Below are positions 1-10,538 of a stretch of DNA of 64,000 bases, one piece after another. Position 1 is the first letter of the stretch, and every line of letters starts with the position of its first letter. Origin of the DNA: Synechococcales cyanobacterium VAR_4_metabat_354 (GTDB taxonomy: Bacteria > Cyanobacteriota > Cyanobacteriia > Cyanobacteriales > Chamaesiphonaceae); the NCBI GenBank assembly GCA_031414775.1, contig JANOQI010000059.1:1-64000 (forward strand). The letters are read 5' to 3'. The notes below the pieces were generated by a model. The model had not been told where the DNA came from. It searched no databases and saw only the letters and a program-made list of their open reading frames with translations. The position numbers were made by a program, and so were the translations under genes.

Positions 1-1
1 T

Positions 2-703
2 GATGACGTGATTGCCAAGCTGGATATCCAAGATGGTGATAATATCTTGGATTTTGGTTGTGGTTGGGGTTGTGTTCCCAATTACATTTTATCGAAGTTC
101 CCCAACGTCAAATTTACGGGATTGAACTTGAGTCATGAACAATGTGAATATATGCGCCAAAAAATGCAAGATCCCGGGAGTTATCTTAGTTCAGGGCGCT
201 TTACTTTAGTTGAAGGAGATCTCAATGAAGTAAAGTTTGTCGAAAAATTCGATAAGATTTTGTCGATCGGAGTCTTTTGTCATGTCGGTAGTCTGACTAA
301 TGCTTTTCAGAAACTAGCTGCTTTTTTAAAGCCTGACGGCAAATGTTTTATTCATATCATTACTGTCCGCTTGCCTAATAATATTTCTAGTGCTTTTACT
401 CACAAATACATATTTCCACATGGTCGTTTCTGGAAATATGATGCAATTCCTAGCTGTAATCAAGACTTAAAAACAGTGCAGAGCTGGTATCTCAACGGTA
501 TGAATTACTCTAAAACCCTGGAGACCTGGTTAGAGAATTTTGATAACAGCTATGACCAAATTAAAGATCTAAACTATGAGATGGATTTTGCTAAATTCCG
601 ACGGATGTGGCGTTTTTACTTAATTTGGGTTGGTCGTAACTTTGCCAGCTGTGACGGTGAAATCAACGGTAATGGTCAATTCTTGATGGTTCATGCTAGT
701 TAG
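2..703 (+). CDS. SAM-dependent methyltransferase, cyclopropane-fatty-acyl-phospholipid synthase/CNMT-like (5' truncated by window)
   Basis: ILDFGCGWG SAM motif I, KYIFP and RMWRFY motifs of the CMAS family; frame open from the window start. Confidence 0.8.
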   Translation, partial: DDVIAKLDIQDGDNILDFGCGWGCVPNYILSKFPNVKFTGLNLSHEQCEYMRQKMQDPGSYLSSGRFTLVEGDLNEVKFVEKFDKILSIGVFCHVGSLTNAFQKLAAFLKPDGKCFIHIITVRLPNNISSAFTHKYIFPHGRFWKYDAIPSCNQDLKTVQSWYLNGMNYSKTLETWLENFDNSYDQIKDLNYEMDFAKFRRMWRFYLIWVGRNFASCDGEINGNGQFLMVHAS

Positions 704-1481
704 AAATAATTCCTGACCACTGTACTTTCTTGAGCTTTTCTCGCCGATAGGAGAAAAAGTGTTCTGCCTCTTGGAAGGTGCAATGGGGTGCGATCGATAT
801 CTGATCAACCTTCAAACCCAGTTGTTGAAGCTGTAAAGCATTGACTTGTCGGACATCTAGTCTGACTCGCCCTAGTTGTTGATCGGGTAAAAGTGGTGAA
901 TTTGTTAAGTTCAAAGCTTTATCCACAATCAGATCTGGTTCAGCTCCGGCTAGGTCTGGCAGAATTGATCGGCAAACTTCTGCGCCTACTTGATTAGTGA
1001 CCTGATAAACTTTGCCATCGATCGCTGGGCCAATGGCCACGAGGAGCTGATCAACACTGCTGCCAGCATCGATAAATCTTTGGACTGCCACCGGCACAAT
1101 TTTTTGGGCAGTACCACGCCAACCAGCATGGATAGCAGATACTTGGCCAGAATGTCGATCGGCAATTAACACTGGATTACAGTCAGCACTGGCCACCCAG
1201 ACCCCCTGTTGAGACTCTTCCGAGATCAAGCCATCGGCTAATGCCCAACCAGTTTCTAGTTCTTTTTCCGAGATGTTTTCAGCCTCGGTAGGCGTTAGCA
1301 CTATGTTGCCATGCACTTGTTTGAGGCGATAACCAGTAGCTTTTGGTTGGAACAATTTAGTAATTTCTTGGGGTTCTAAGGGCGAAAAATGTTTAGTCAT
1401 AAAACCATGCTGCCAATCTGATAGGAGGCTACAGGTTAGATAAGAAGAGCCATCCAGGATTTGCCACTGCCAAGTTGTCAT
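696..1481 (-). CDS. pgeF: Peptidoglycan editing factor PgeF / YfiH laccase-domain protein
   Basis: QVHG, ADG, ADC.P, HAGWRG, IGPAI and FFSYRR motifs. Confidence 0.9.
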   Translation of the reverse strand: MTTWQWQILDGSSYLTCSLLSDWQHGFMTKHFSPLEPQEITKLFQPKATGYRLKQVHGNIVLTPTEAENISEKELETGWALADGLISEESQQGVWVASADCNPVLIADRHSGQVSAIHAGWRGTAQKIVPVAVQRFIDAGSSVDQLLVAIGPAIDGKVYQVTNQVGAEVCRSILPDLAGAEPDLIVDKALNLTNSPLLPDQQLGRVRLDVRQVNALQLQQLGLKVDQISIAPHCTFQEAEHFFSYRREKLKKVQWSGIISN

Positions 1482-1631
1482 TTATTCACTTTCCTATTCC
1501 AACAAGTCTCAGTCTAGCAGTCTCAGCTTAAAAGTAACTGGCACCCGATCGCTATCTAGTTTTACTATTTTTAGCAAAACTTTTTAAACGATCAAGTGCC
1601 AGTTAATACTTTATTTTACTACTAACCCTTG

Positions 1632-1967
1632 CTATTTCCAGCCTTTTTCAGACTGAGCTAAAACGTAGGTAGCAACGTCTTCGATTTGAGCCGCGCTCAA
1701 CCGACCACCAAAAGCAGGCATCGCATTCTTGCCTTTGGTGACTTGGGTGGTAATCGCTGCGATCGAATTCATCCCGTACTCAGCCAAAGCTTCTTTTTTC
1801 AAAGTTTTATTGGCCATGATCACGTTGTTACCACCAGCGTGGCAAGCCGCACAGTTTGCACTGAAGATTTTGGCACCAGCTGCTGCGTCACCAGCAAAAG
1901 CAGGGGTTGCAAAAGCCATGAAAACCATGGTGATGGCGATCGCCAAAGCTGAAATCAATTTTTTCAA
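1632..1967 (-). CDS. petJ: Cytochrome c6
   Basis: Signal peptide, CAACH heme motif, [12 protein letters not shown]. Confidence 0.95.
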   Translation of the reverse strand: MKKLISALAIAITMVFMAFATPAFAGDAAAGAKIFSANCAACHAGGNNVIMANKTLKKEALAEYGMNSIAAITTQVTKGKNAMPAFGGRLSAAQIEDVATYVLAQSEKGWK

Positions 1968-2117
1968 AGTATTTCTCCTCTATAACAGCACTGTAAAACA
2001 GTAATTAACTTCTGACAGAATATTTTAACGGTGATAGCTGTTAGATGTATATACAGATATGCTTCTGTATCGAAACCTTAACAATTTACCACCATTAACC
2101 TCGGTCTCAAACAGTCC

Positions 2118-2609
2118 TTAACGTACTGTTTTGCCACCGCCCCATTGGTCACCCATGATTTTGGGTTGCATGAGAATATGACCAGCGATTGCGGTCAAGT
2201 CACTATCGGATAGATTTTTCATCTCAGTAAAGATATCCGCACTCTCTAATGAAGGGTGAAGTTCCGAGATCGAAGTCTCCCCATCATAAGTAGTAGGGTG
2301 TTTCATATAATCTACCAAAGCATTCACATTGTCGCGGGCTGGAGTAGCTCCAGACAGATCACGAGGGCTGAGGCCAACGTTAAAGTCAGTTCTGGTAACA
2401 CCACCGGCATGACATTGAGCACAAGTGTCGCTAAACAATCTTCGGCCTTTAGCTACTTGCTTCATGCTCATCGTGACGGTTCCGCCTTCGGCATTAAGCG
2501 GCACAGTACGGATAGCAGGATCCAAATCAACAGCTTGCGCTGGCAGGGTAATCGACTGGAAAGCGAACATCAAAGTCGCTACAACCAGCATTAGCAGTCG
2601 CTTGAACAT
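2118..2609 (-). CDS. psbV: Photosystem II cytochrome c-550
   Basis: CAQCH heme motif, PTTYDG, C-terminal WGGGK; start placed at ATG 2609 (MFKRLLML) behind a GGAG RBS-like sequence; adjacent to petJ. Confidence 0.93.
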   Translation of the reverse strand: MFKRLLMLVVATLMFAFQSITLPAQAVDLDPAIRTVPLNAEGGTVTMSMKQVAKGRRLFSDTCAQCHAGGVTRTDFNVGLSPRDLSGATPARDNVNALVDYMKHPTTYDGETSISELHPSLESADIFTEMKNLSDSDLTAIAGHILMQPKIMGDQWGGGKTVR

Positions 2610-2917
2610 GTTTCTCCCTCGAAAATTTGACTTACAAAAATGAATAAATGACACAGTAAATTTAAAAGTTACAGGTATGACTCGCCAGAGCAATATCATC
2701 CCACTATCCAGATGTCGATCGGAGCAATGGCCAGTTGAAGGTTAAAAAAAATTAACATTTGCTCGCCACTTTTCTCATTAAAACTGCTGAATTACTTTGT
2801 TTAAGAGCTGGCGCACATATTATCGAGACTTCTGTCAAGTCCATAAACCTTAACCTCACTGCTAAACCGCTTAAGTCACAATAGAAATAATCTGACTATT
2901 ATTTTGACGGAAGCTTT

Positions 2918-3430
2918 ATGATCTTATCCAATTGGCGTAAAGGACTGATCCCAGTTGTTTTGTCGCTGGTTTTATTGCTCTCAGGCTGTTTCCAGAAAGA
3001 ACCTTCTCGGTTTGCCCAGGTTCAAAAGGATACCACTGCTCGTAGTGCCCAGCCAGCCGTTGTCAAGAATGCCACTCAGGGCAGTAGTTTTAATAAGTTC
3101 TTCCCTCAAGATGCCGATGGATTCGATCGCGTCTTTTCTCAGGAGAAGAAAGGTTTTGCTGAAGCTAAGCTAAACAAAGGTGGTAAAAATGTGGCAATGC
3201 TAGCTATCAGCGATACTAGTAGCCTACCAGCCGCTGCTAAGAAGTATGAAAAAAGCACTGAGAAGCTTAGTGGTTATCCTGTGTTAGTAGAGACCCCACT
3301 AAAAAGCACTGGCGTACTAGTAAAGAAATTTCAGGTCAAAGTTATATCTAGAGATCCTTCTTTTACCGCTGATAATCGGATGGCTTGGCTAAAGAAATTC
3401 AACTTAGATGGTCTGAGTAAGTTGCAGTAA
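2918..3430 (+). CDS. Conserved hypothetical lipoprotein
   Basis: Lipobox LLSGC; 170 aa ORF with QEKKGFAEAKL motif. Confidence 0.7.
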   Translation: MILSNWRKGLIPVVLSLVLLLSGCFQKEPSRFAQVQKDTTARSAQPAVVKNATQGSSFNKFFPQDADGFDRVFSQEKKGFAEAKLNKGGKNVAMLAISDTSSLPAAAKKYEKSTEKLSGYPVLVETPLKSTGVLVKKFQVKVISRDPSFTADNRMAWLKKFNLDGLSKLQ

Positions 3431-3512
3431 ATACTTAATAACTCAAAATAATTCAAAGGTGTTTGGCACCTACTGAATTTCGCATTTACCCAAAAAACAA
3501 TCATAGGAGTTT

Positions 3513-4403
3513 GTGATGAGTAAACCAATTTTTGAAGCAGTCGATAAACTGCCTACCGGCGGTATTACCGTCATGGCGCTAAATTCTTTGGACTTCGTAA
3601 TTCCTGGCCAATGGCAGAATTTAGTGGGTTTTGAAAATACGATTAAAGTTGTCACCGGTACTGATGACCAAGAGTATATTCAGGCAATCGGCGAACGCGC
3701 CGTTGCTTTGTACAACGACAAGTCCCAAGGCTACCAAACGGCCATGTGGCTTTACGACACCGTAGATGCTGGTTCGAGTGCCTTAGGTGCTGCCGCTATG
3801 GCCAACAAAATTGGCGAAAAAATCCCACTACTAGGGTTTCTAGGTAACATTACACCTAAGGCCGAAACAGCTCAGACGATCGATCTAAGTGTGAAGCTCG
3901 TTGCCGAAATCGTGGCTTTTTGTCAAATTAACGGTATTCCCGGCGATAGCGTCAGCGATTTCTTGGCCGCTCTGGCCGACTATGGTGGCGAATCATTGAT
4001 GCGGATGGCAGCATTAGTTTGCTTTGATGGTTTGATTCCCCTCGGCCCAGATTTTGTGCTCAAAACCTTTGACAACCTCAGTGGCATGGGACCAAAAGAA
4101 CTAGAAGGTAATAAAACCTTCCAGGGTATTAAAGATGTAATTCCTGGCGGTGATTCTGCTGGTCAGTTGGGCTTTATCAATCAAAGCTTCGACTCGGTAA
4201 AGGGCTGGATGAGTAGCTTTGTAACCGATCGCGGATTATCTCCGGAAGCGGTGGTGGGCAATCTACGCAACTTTATTGAAGTCAGCGAAGATAAGTTGGA
4301 TTATCTGGGAGCTTTCTTAGATGTTTCTACTAATTACTATTCCCATACTGGTACCCAAACCCTGGCACGGCGCTTAATTGAGCGGGCTGCTGCTGAAATG
4401 TAA
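3513..4403 (+). CDS. Conserved hypothetical protein
   Basis: 296 aa ORF, AGGAG RBS upstream, co-oriented with the preceding lipoprotein. Confidence 0.75.
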   Translation: MMSKPIFEAVDKLPTGGITVMALNSLDFVIPGQWQNLVGFENTIKVVTGTDDQEYIQAIGERAVALYNDKSQGYQTAMWLYDTVDAGSSALGAAAMANKIGEKIPLLGFLGNITPKAETAQTIDLSVKLVAEIVAFCQINGIPGDSVSDFLAALADYGGESLMRMAALVCFDGLIPLGPDFVLKTFDNLSGMGPKELEGNKTFQGIKDVIPGGDSAGQLGFINQSFDSVKGWMSSFVTDRGLSPEAVVGNLRNFIEVSEDKLDYLGAFLDVSTNYYSHTGTQTLARRLIERAAAEM

Positions 4404-4420
4404 AATAGAATCTTCAAGTA

Positions 4421-4452
4421 GTTAAGTAGAACTTTAAAACCTTCTACTTAAC
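4421..4452 (+). terminator. Stem-loop, likely terminator
   Basis: gttaagtagaa / ttctacttaac inverted repeat just after the stop at 4403. Confidence 0.55.
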
Positions 4453-4530
4453 GCCCTTATCATGCCTTTGCTGTTTTTTGAGTATCCGAAAACTTCAGAA
4501 TCTTGACTTCTTCTAAAATTAATAATTAAT

Positions 4531-5715
4531 ATGACCATTACTAGTGCCACCAGCCACAAGACAGTGTCAGCAATAAATAGTTTTAGAAACCCCTCTAGAG
4601 ATCTAGAGATAAAAAATGATTATAGTGTACCATTGATTTTTTCTTTTTTTTCAGGTGCGGGTTTTTTGGATTTAGGATTTGAAAAAGCAGGCTATGAGAT
4701 TGGTTATGTTAATGAAATTCACAAGCCATTTCTTGATGCTTATAAGTATTCTCGGCAAAAAATGGGCACTCCAAAACCTCTTCATGGATACTTTGAAGGA
4801 GATATAGAATGTTGTCTTATCGGTGAAGAGGCGAAACACTTAGGTGCTTTTATTAGTGATACAAAAAAGAATAAGCAATTGGTGGGCTTCATTGGGGGTC
4901 CACCATGTCCTGATTTTTCTGTTGGTGGAAAAAATCGTGGGCAACATGGTGAAAATGGTAATTTGTCTCAGATATATATTGATCTAATTTGTAAGCAGAA
5001 ACCAGATTTTTTTGTGTTTGAGAATGTAAAAGGTTTATACCGCACTATAAAGCATCGGCAGTTTTTTGATGGACTAAAATCTCAGCTTGCTCAGGCTGGG
5101 TATAGCTGTACAGAGCGGTTAATCAATGCAATTGAATATGGTGCGCCCCAAGACCGTGAGCGGATCATTCTTTTTGGGGTTATCCAGCCGCAAGCAAAGA
5201 AAAGTCTCGCTAAGTTCAATTGGCTTTCACACACGCTATACCATGAGGCATTAAACTACCCGTGGCCTGACTCTCAGCCCATTGCTGTATCACGCCCTCA
5301 ACCCCTCCAAATTCTTTTGGAATTAACTATTCAGTATTGGTTTGAAAAAAATGATGTCGTTCATCATCCTAATGCACTTCACCAGTTCAAGCCTAGAGCT
5401 GGTCTAGCAAAGTTTGAGACTGTTTACGAGGGAGATGATAGTAAGAAATCTTACAAAAGATTACATCGTTGGCGGTATTCTCCAACAGCTGCGTATGGCA
5501 ATAATGAAGTACATATTCATCCTTATCTCCCTCGTCGTATTTCTGTCGCAGAAGCATTAGCAATTCAATCATTACCCAGAGAGTTCGAGCTTCCTGCTCA
5601 TATGACTCTTAGTAATATGTTTAAGACAGTAGGTAACGGTGTCCCATTTCTGGCAGCACATGGTCTGGCACTAACAATATTAGATTTTTTAGAAGAGGCT
5701 AGCAAATGCAGTTGA
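4531..5715 (+). CDS. C5-cytosine DNA methyltransferase of a type II R-M system
   Basis: FSGAG (motif I), GGPPCPDFS (IV), ENVKG (VI), Q.RER (VIII), GNGVP (X). Confidence 0.93.
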   Translation: MTITSATSHKTVSAINSFRNPSRDLEIKNDYSVPLIFSFFSGAGFLDLGFEKAGYEIGYVNEIHKPFLDAYKYSRQKMGTPKPLHGYFEGDIECCLIGEEAKHLGAFISDTKKNKQLVGFIGGPPCPDFSVGGKNRGQHGENGNLSQIYIDLICKQKPDFFVFENVKGLYRTIKHRQFFDGLKSQLAQAGYSCTERLINAIEYGAPQDRERIILFGVIQPQAKKSLAKFNWLSHTLYHEALNYPWPDSQPIAVSRPQPLQILLELTIQYWFEKNDVVHHPNALHQFKPRAGLAKFETVYEGDDSKKSYKRLHRWRYSPTAAYGNNEVHIHPYLPRRISVAEALAIQSLPREFELPAHMTLSNMFKTVGNGVPFLAAHGLALTILDFLEEASKCS

Positions 5716-6791
5716 CAGCGAGCAATATTATTAAGTCGATCGATAAACTCCCAAGAGACCAGTGGTTTGAATATATTAGTAAAAAGACTAATACCAAGGT
5801 CAAAATTATTAGTATCACCAAGCCTGAAGGACCGATAACTATTGCGAGATATGACCCCGCAAAGGGAAGCATGTCAACAGCTACGGAAGTGTCCATATCA
5901 GTGCAAATGATTTGGCGTATTGCGAATGCTTTTCAGCTCAATATACCAATCAATTTTGACCGTGTTCTTGGTGCAAGTTACAACACAAGATCGGCATTAG
6001 AAACACTAATGGCGCATACGCCAGAATTTTATTGGTGTACACCTGGTCGTATTGAGCTAGCAAACTCCACTCAAGAAATCAAAGCAGGTCACAAGCATCT
6101 CATCTGGCGAACAGAAGCGCCACATAGAAATGGAGTTTTGGAGGAATTTCCAACCGACATGGTAATTTCTGAAATTCCATCAGCAAATGCAGTTTATGAG
6201 GCATTGCAAATACCTGGTGTAATGACAGAGGGAATTATGGATATTAATGTTCAGAGGCGGCATTTACAAATTCAAATTGCTCTAGTTGCGATTGGATATC
6301 AGCTCGGATTTAGAACATGGGTAGCACGTAACGATCAAGGAATTACCTATGGAAACAAGAAAGTTGGTGAGCTTGATGGTATTGTAATGAGTTTGGAGAA
6401 AGAAAGTTTGCTGCAACCATGGAATGATGCTGTCAAAGCGGCTTTGCATATAGATTGTATATGGTTTAAAAATAGTAAATTCATGCCTGCTGTCATGGAA
6501 GTTGAACATAGTACGGGTGTTGTCACTGGATTAGCTCGGATGAAAAAATTCCAAGACCAAATTCCGGCATTTCCGACTAGGTGGGTTATTGTTGCGCCCG
6601 ATGAAGACAGAAAAAAGGTTATGAAAGAAGCCAATGAGACTCAATTCCGTGATTTAAGAACCATGTTTTTTCCCTATTCTGCCGTTGATGAATTATATGC
6701 GCTGTGCCACAAACGTAAGCTGACAAGCAAAGCCGTTAATGAAGCATTCCTAGATTGCTTTATGGAACCATGCTTGGAAGCATTGTTGTAG
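5706..6791 (+). CDS. Probable type II restriction endonuclease, PD-(D/E)XK-like
   Basis: Overlaps the MTase stop; C-terminal ID..W...EVEHST nuclease-like motif. Confidence 0.75.
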   Translation: MQLTASNIIKSIDKLPRDQWFEYISKKTNTKVKIISITKPEGPITIARYDPAKGSMSTATEVSISVQMIWRIANAFQLNIPINFDRVLGASYNTRSALETLMAHTPEFYWCTPGRIELANSTQEIKAGHKHLIWRTEAPHRNGVLEEFPTDMVISEIPSANAVYEALQIPGVMTEGIMDINVQRRHLQIQIALVAIGYQLGFRTWVARNDQGITYGNKKVGELDGIVMSLEKESLLQPWNDAVKAALHIDCIWFKNSKFMPAVMEVEHSTGVVTGLARMKKFQDQIPAFPTRWVIVAPDEDRKKVMKEANETQFRDLRTMFFPYSAVDELYALCHKRKLTSKAVNEAFLDCFMEPCLEALL

Positions 6792-6861
6792 TTAACATTA
6801 GACACTCATTGCGTCTGAGGATTCTGCTAAAATGATGGCGAACTGAAACTAGCAATTACCC

Positions 6862-7824
6862 ATGCGGATCTTAGCGCTTGTCCCTGGTGGCATTGGCGAC
6901 CAAATTTTATTTTTCCCAACGCTGGATGATCTAAAACGCTCCTATCCGAATGCTCAAATTGATGTGGTTGTTGAGCCGCGATCGGTGTCAGCATACCAAG
7001 TATGTAAAGCTTTTCCCCAAATTATTCCCTTTGATTTTAAAGATACGAATGGTCCGGCAGACTGGGGTAACTTACTGGGGATTATTCGCGATCGAGAGTA
7101 CGATGCCACGCTGTCTTTGGGGCGGCGCTTAGGGGTAGGTTTTTTTCTGTGGCTGACCGGGATTCCCAAGCGAGTTGGTTATAAAGTTGGTTTTGGCCAA
7201 AACTTTTTGACCAACCCAGTAGAATTTAATCCCAATCAATATGCTGCCCACATGTATCATGATTTGGTCAAAGGCTTGGGTATTGATAGCCTTTGCCCAG
7301 ATATGAGTGTGAATGTGCCCAAGGCCGATGTGGAGTGGGCAGAACGAGAACTAATGCGGTTGGGAGTGGCCGAGAGTGGTTATATCTTGATTCATGGTGG
7401 TTCTAGTAAACTCGCTCGGCAACTGGGTATGGATAAGATTTATCCGATCGATAAATGGCAGCAGGTAATTAAAGGTTTGCAAACCCGCCAAGATAAACCA
7501 GTGGTTTTCATTGAAGGTCCTGACGATCAAGAAGTTGTCGCTGGTATTGTGCAAGCTTGCCCCAATGTCAAAATTATTAAGCCCACCGATATTGGCAAAT
7601 TAACGGCTGTGATTGCTGCTGCTAGCCTGATGCTCTGTACTGATAGTGGCCCAATGCACTTGGCTGTCGCTGCTGGCACTTATACTTTTGCCCTATTTGG
7701 CCCGACTGATCCGGCTAAGTTAATCCCAGCCAATAGTAAGGCCGTGGCGATTAAGTCTCATACCGGCAAAATGGCCGATATTCCGCCTGCTGATATTTTG
7801 GCAAAGGTGTGGGGCAATGGGTAA
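6862..7824 (+). CDS. Glycosyltransferase family 9 (heptosyltransferase-like)
   Basis: GGIGD, DSGPMHLA and LFGPT motifs. Confidence 0.9.
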   Translation: MRILALVPGGIGDQILFFPTLDDLKRSYPNAQIDVVVEPRSVSAYQVCKAFPQIIPFDFKDTNGPADWGNLLGIIRDREYDATLSLGRRLGVGFFLWLTGIPKRVGYKVGFGQNFLTNPVEFNPNQYAAHMYHDLVKGLGIDSLCPDMSVNVPKADVEWAERELMRLGVAESGYILIHGGSSKLARQLGMDKIYPIDKWQQVIKGLQTRQDKPVVFIEGPDDQEVVAGIVQACPNVKIIKPTDIGKLTAVIAAASLMLCTDSGPMHLAVAAGTYTFALFGPTDPAKLIPANSKAVAIKSHTGKMADIPPADILAKVWGNG

Positions 7825-8401
7825 ACGCGCTGTATTTCTCGATCGAGATGGGGTCTTAAACATCGAGGCTGGTTATCTATACCAGATCGAAGACCTGAAT
7901 CTGATGCCAGGTGTGGCAACGGCGGTCAAAAAGCTAAACGAATTAGATTTATTTTGTTGTTTAGTTTCCAATCAATCTGGGCCAGCTCGCAGTTATTATG
8001 CTGCTCAGCATGTCGAAGATTTGCATGACCGGTTAGCACAATTACTAGAACAAGAAGCTGGTGCTCATCTAGATGCTCGTTATTTTTGTCCCCATCTCAG
8101 TCCGCCAGCAGGAGGCACCAATCCTGACTATGCCCAGTGGAGTACTTGGCGCAAACCAAATACGGGCATGTTAGTGGCTGCGGCCTGGGAATATGATTTA
8201 GATATTGCGCGCAGTTTTATGGTGGGTGACAAAGCTACTGACGTAGATCTTGCTCACAATGCTGGCTGTTTAGGAATACTAGTACAGACTGGCTTTGGTG
8301 AGCAAGTTTTGAGTGGTGATTATCAGCACCAAACCCGACCAGATTATCTGGCTATCGATTTAGCTGCTGCTGTTGACTGGATTGCTAAACAAGTTGTCTA
8401 A
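7817..8401 (+). CDS. gmhB: D-glycero-D-manno-heptose 1,7-bisphosphate phosphatase (HAD IIIA)
   Basis: FLDRDGVLN, SNQSG, RKPNTGM, MVGDK. Confidence 0.85.
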   Translation: MGKRAVFLDRDGVLNIEAGYLYQIEDLNLMPGVATAVKKLNELDLFCCLVSNQSGPARSYYAAQHVEDLHDRLAQLLEQEAGAHLDARYFCPHLSPPAGGTNPDYAQWSTWRKPNTGMLVAAAWEYDLDIARSFMVGDKATDVDLAHNAGCLGILVQTGFGEQVLSGDYQHQTRPDYLAIDLAAAVDWIAKQVV

Positions 8402-9399
8402 AACTTTTTAACTTGCTCAATTACCCAGCGGGGGCATCCCCGATTGATTTCAATAACTTTAGTGCTAATAACTTGACCCCGATTATCTTTCAATATTTCA
8501 GTATTAACAATTTTTTCACCATCGTTTAAGTAGTCTACTAGTCTTGCTAATGCCTTTAGTTTAATAGTGCTTTTTAGATTTTTTAGTACTTCATCTGGTG
8601 TTGGCGGAGTAGCCATGATTACGGGTGTTTTAAATACAGCAGTTATTTCATTAGTAGCATCTCCAGTCATTTTACTCGTACCAAAATTAGTTGTCGAATT
8701 AAACATATCTTTGGTCGATGTTGGCAATGCCGAAGAAACTTTACCTGGAAAGAGCTTAACCGATTCGGGTGATTGTTGAGGTAATGTTGCTGTGATCGGA
8801 GCGGAGCTTAGTTGATTAGTGACTGGTAGTCGATCGATCCAAATGATTAAATCTTTATTGCCGATCGTAATCTCACTGATAATAGTCCGCAGCAGAACAA
8901 TTTCTTTGTAAGTATCGACCTCTTGGACTGGATACCAGTTATTCCCCTGGTAAATCATAATGCTATTGGGCTGATAGCGAGCTGATCGATCGTAGCGTTC
9001 TTGCCAAGACTTGAGTAGTACATGTGCTGATTCATAAAACAGCTGATAGCCACGAGGAACTTGATATTTATGATACTCCGCAAAATCGGGATGACCATTT
9101 CTGTCGATGGATAAAAAATTACTGTTCTTAATCTTTTCTTGAATTATTTCCAAGTATATTGAGTTACGGTAGAGCAGTATTTTTTGTTGCCATTCGTTGA
9201 CCTGCTTAGTGATTCCAACTACTCGATTTTGTTGATCAATGAGCTTAACCGCCTTTGCTCCGTACTCGATGTGCAGATTAGAGCCGCTGATCAACTTTCT
9301 TTTTCCTAAGATAAAGTAGTCGATTAGCTGGAGATCTTGGGGAATAATATTTTGCTGTTTATAAGAAGCTTTATCAAAATCGATCATGACTTTCGGCAA
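8398..9399 (-). CDS. Hypothetical protein
   Basis: 333 aa ORF; start codon uncertain. Confidence 0.6.
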   Translation of the reverse strand: MPKVMIDFDKASYKQQNIIPQDLQLIDYFILGKRKLISGSNLHIEYGAKAVKLIDQQNRVVGITKQVNEWQQKILLYRNSIYLEIIQEKIKNSNFLSIDRNGHPDFAEYHKYQVPRGYQLFYESAHVLLKSWQERYDRSARYQPNSIMIYQGNNWYPVQEVDTYKEIVLLRTIISEITIGNKDLIIWIDRLPVTNQLSSAPITATLPQQSPESVKLFPGKVSSALPTSTKDMFNSTTNFGTSKMTGDATNEITAVFKTPVIMATPPTPDEVLKNLKSTIKLKALARLVDYLNDGEKIVNTEILKDNRGQVISTKVIEINRGCPRWVIEQVKKF

Positions 9400-9587
9400 T
9401 CGCTTACAACGATCAGAACTGTCCTCATTTTATCTAGCTAGTACGGGAGTGGCTTGGGGCAATTGGCTCATTCACATTACATCAGACTCATCTATGATTA
9501 CATTTAGTGACATCATATTACATCTTAGGCATAATTCAATGTGTTTTGGCTTAGCCAAATAGTCGTTGCCAGATGATTAATCACAAA

Positions 9588-10385
9588 TTAGATGGGAGCA
9601 ATGCTGATTTTTAACTGCTTGCTGACCATCATGAGGCTATAGGGCGGAATCCGATGCCAATGCTGCTCCTTATGCCGATCAAACGGCTCTGATGCAATCA
9701 TGATACCGTTGATCTCTGACCAGTAAAGAGACGGGACTGGTGCTGGGGTAACATCACCATCTAAGGGAAAGGCATATCGGCTGGCCACTAGTTGCTGACC
9801 GTCACTGACTACAATATTAGCCGAAAAGCTGGTCTTGTTTTTGGCTGCTATTGTTGATAATTCATTGATGGTGGCTCTTAGGGCATCGGCGATACAGTGT
9901 GAAATTTGCCAATAGCTTAAAAATAAACCAAAAATATGTTCGGAATCGGTACTGCCTTTAATTAGGCGATAAATATCATCTGGGAGTCGATCAGAGATCG
10001 ATCGATACAAGGTATGGCGGAAGTCGTGAATAAAGCCGTTATGAATAAAGATGATGTTGCCATGAGTAAAGGGCTGACAATTACTAAGGCTCAGGGAATA
10101 CATCTCAGTGGCGCTGCGGATATTAGCTAAGATGCAGCCAGATTCAATGTAGCGGCTGAGCTGCGGTAGATTAACATCGTTCCAGATGGGGATAGTATTT
10201 TTGTAGGTAAAGGGAGCGGTTTCTTGGTGGGGATGATACCAACCAATCCCAAAGCCATCGGCGTTAATCACACCAGCGGTCATTTCTCGGGGTTGATAGC
10301 TTTGCACAATTAGGGAGTGTTCCGGCTCATCTAAGATACTAGTCAAAGAACGGGGTTTTCCTAAATAGGCAAGAAGGCGGCACAT
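9588..10385 (-). CDS. egtC: Class II glutamine amidotransferase, ergothioneine biosynthesis EgtC-like
   Basis: N-terminal MCRLLAY, NADGFGIGWY, HNG, TDSE. Confidence 0.85.
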   Translation of the reverse strand: MCRLLAYLGKPRSLTSILDEPEHSLIVQSYQPREMTAGVINADGFGIGWYHPHQETAPFTYKNTIPIWNDVNLPQLSRYIESGCILANIRSATEMYSLSLSNCQPFTHGNIIFIHNGFIHDFRHTLYRSISDRLPDDIYRLIKGSTDSEHIFGLFLSYWQISHCIADALRATINELSTIAAKNKTSFSANIVVSDGQQLVASRYAFPLDGDVTPAPVPSLYWSEINGIMIASEPFDRHKEQHWHRIPPYSLMMVSKQLKISIAPI

Positions 10386-10538
10386 GGCAAGAAACTAGGT
10401 TGGAGTATCACAACTTAACTTAAGATAGATGATTTTGTGGATTTCTTGATAAATTGATGGTTTTTTGTAGAGATTGAGTTGCTGTTGAAAAGACCAAAGC
10501 GAGCCAAGATCAAAAGTAAGTTAATGATTGAGTACATC

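Noticed and set aside
2610..2699. N-terminal extension of PsbV in the ORF track
   Set aside because: Signal peptide and RBS support the start at 2609
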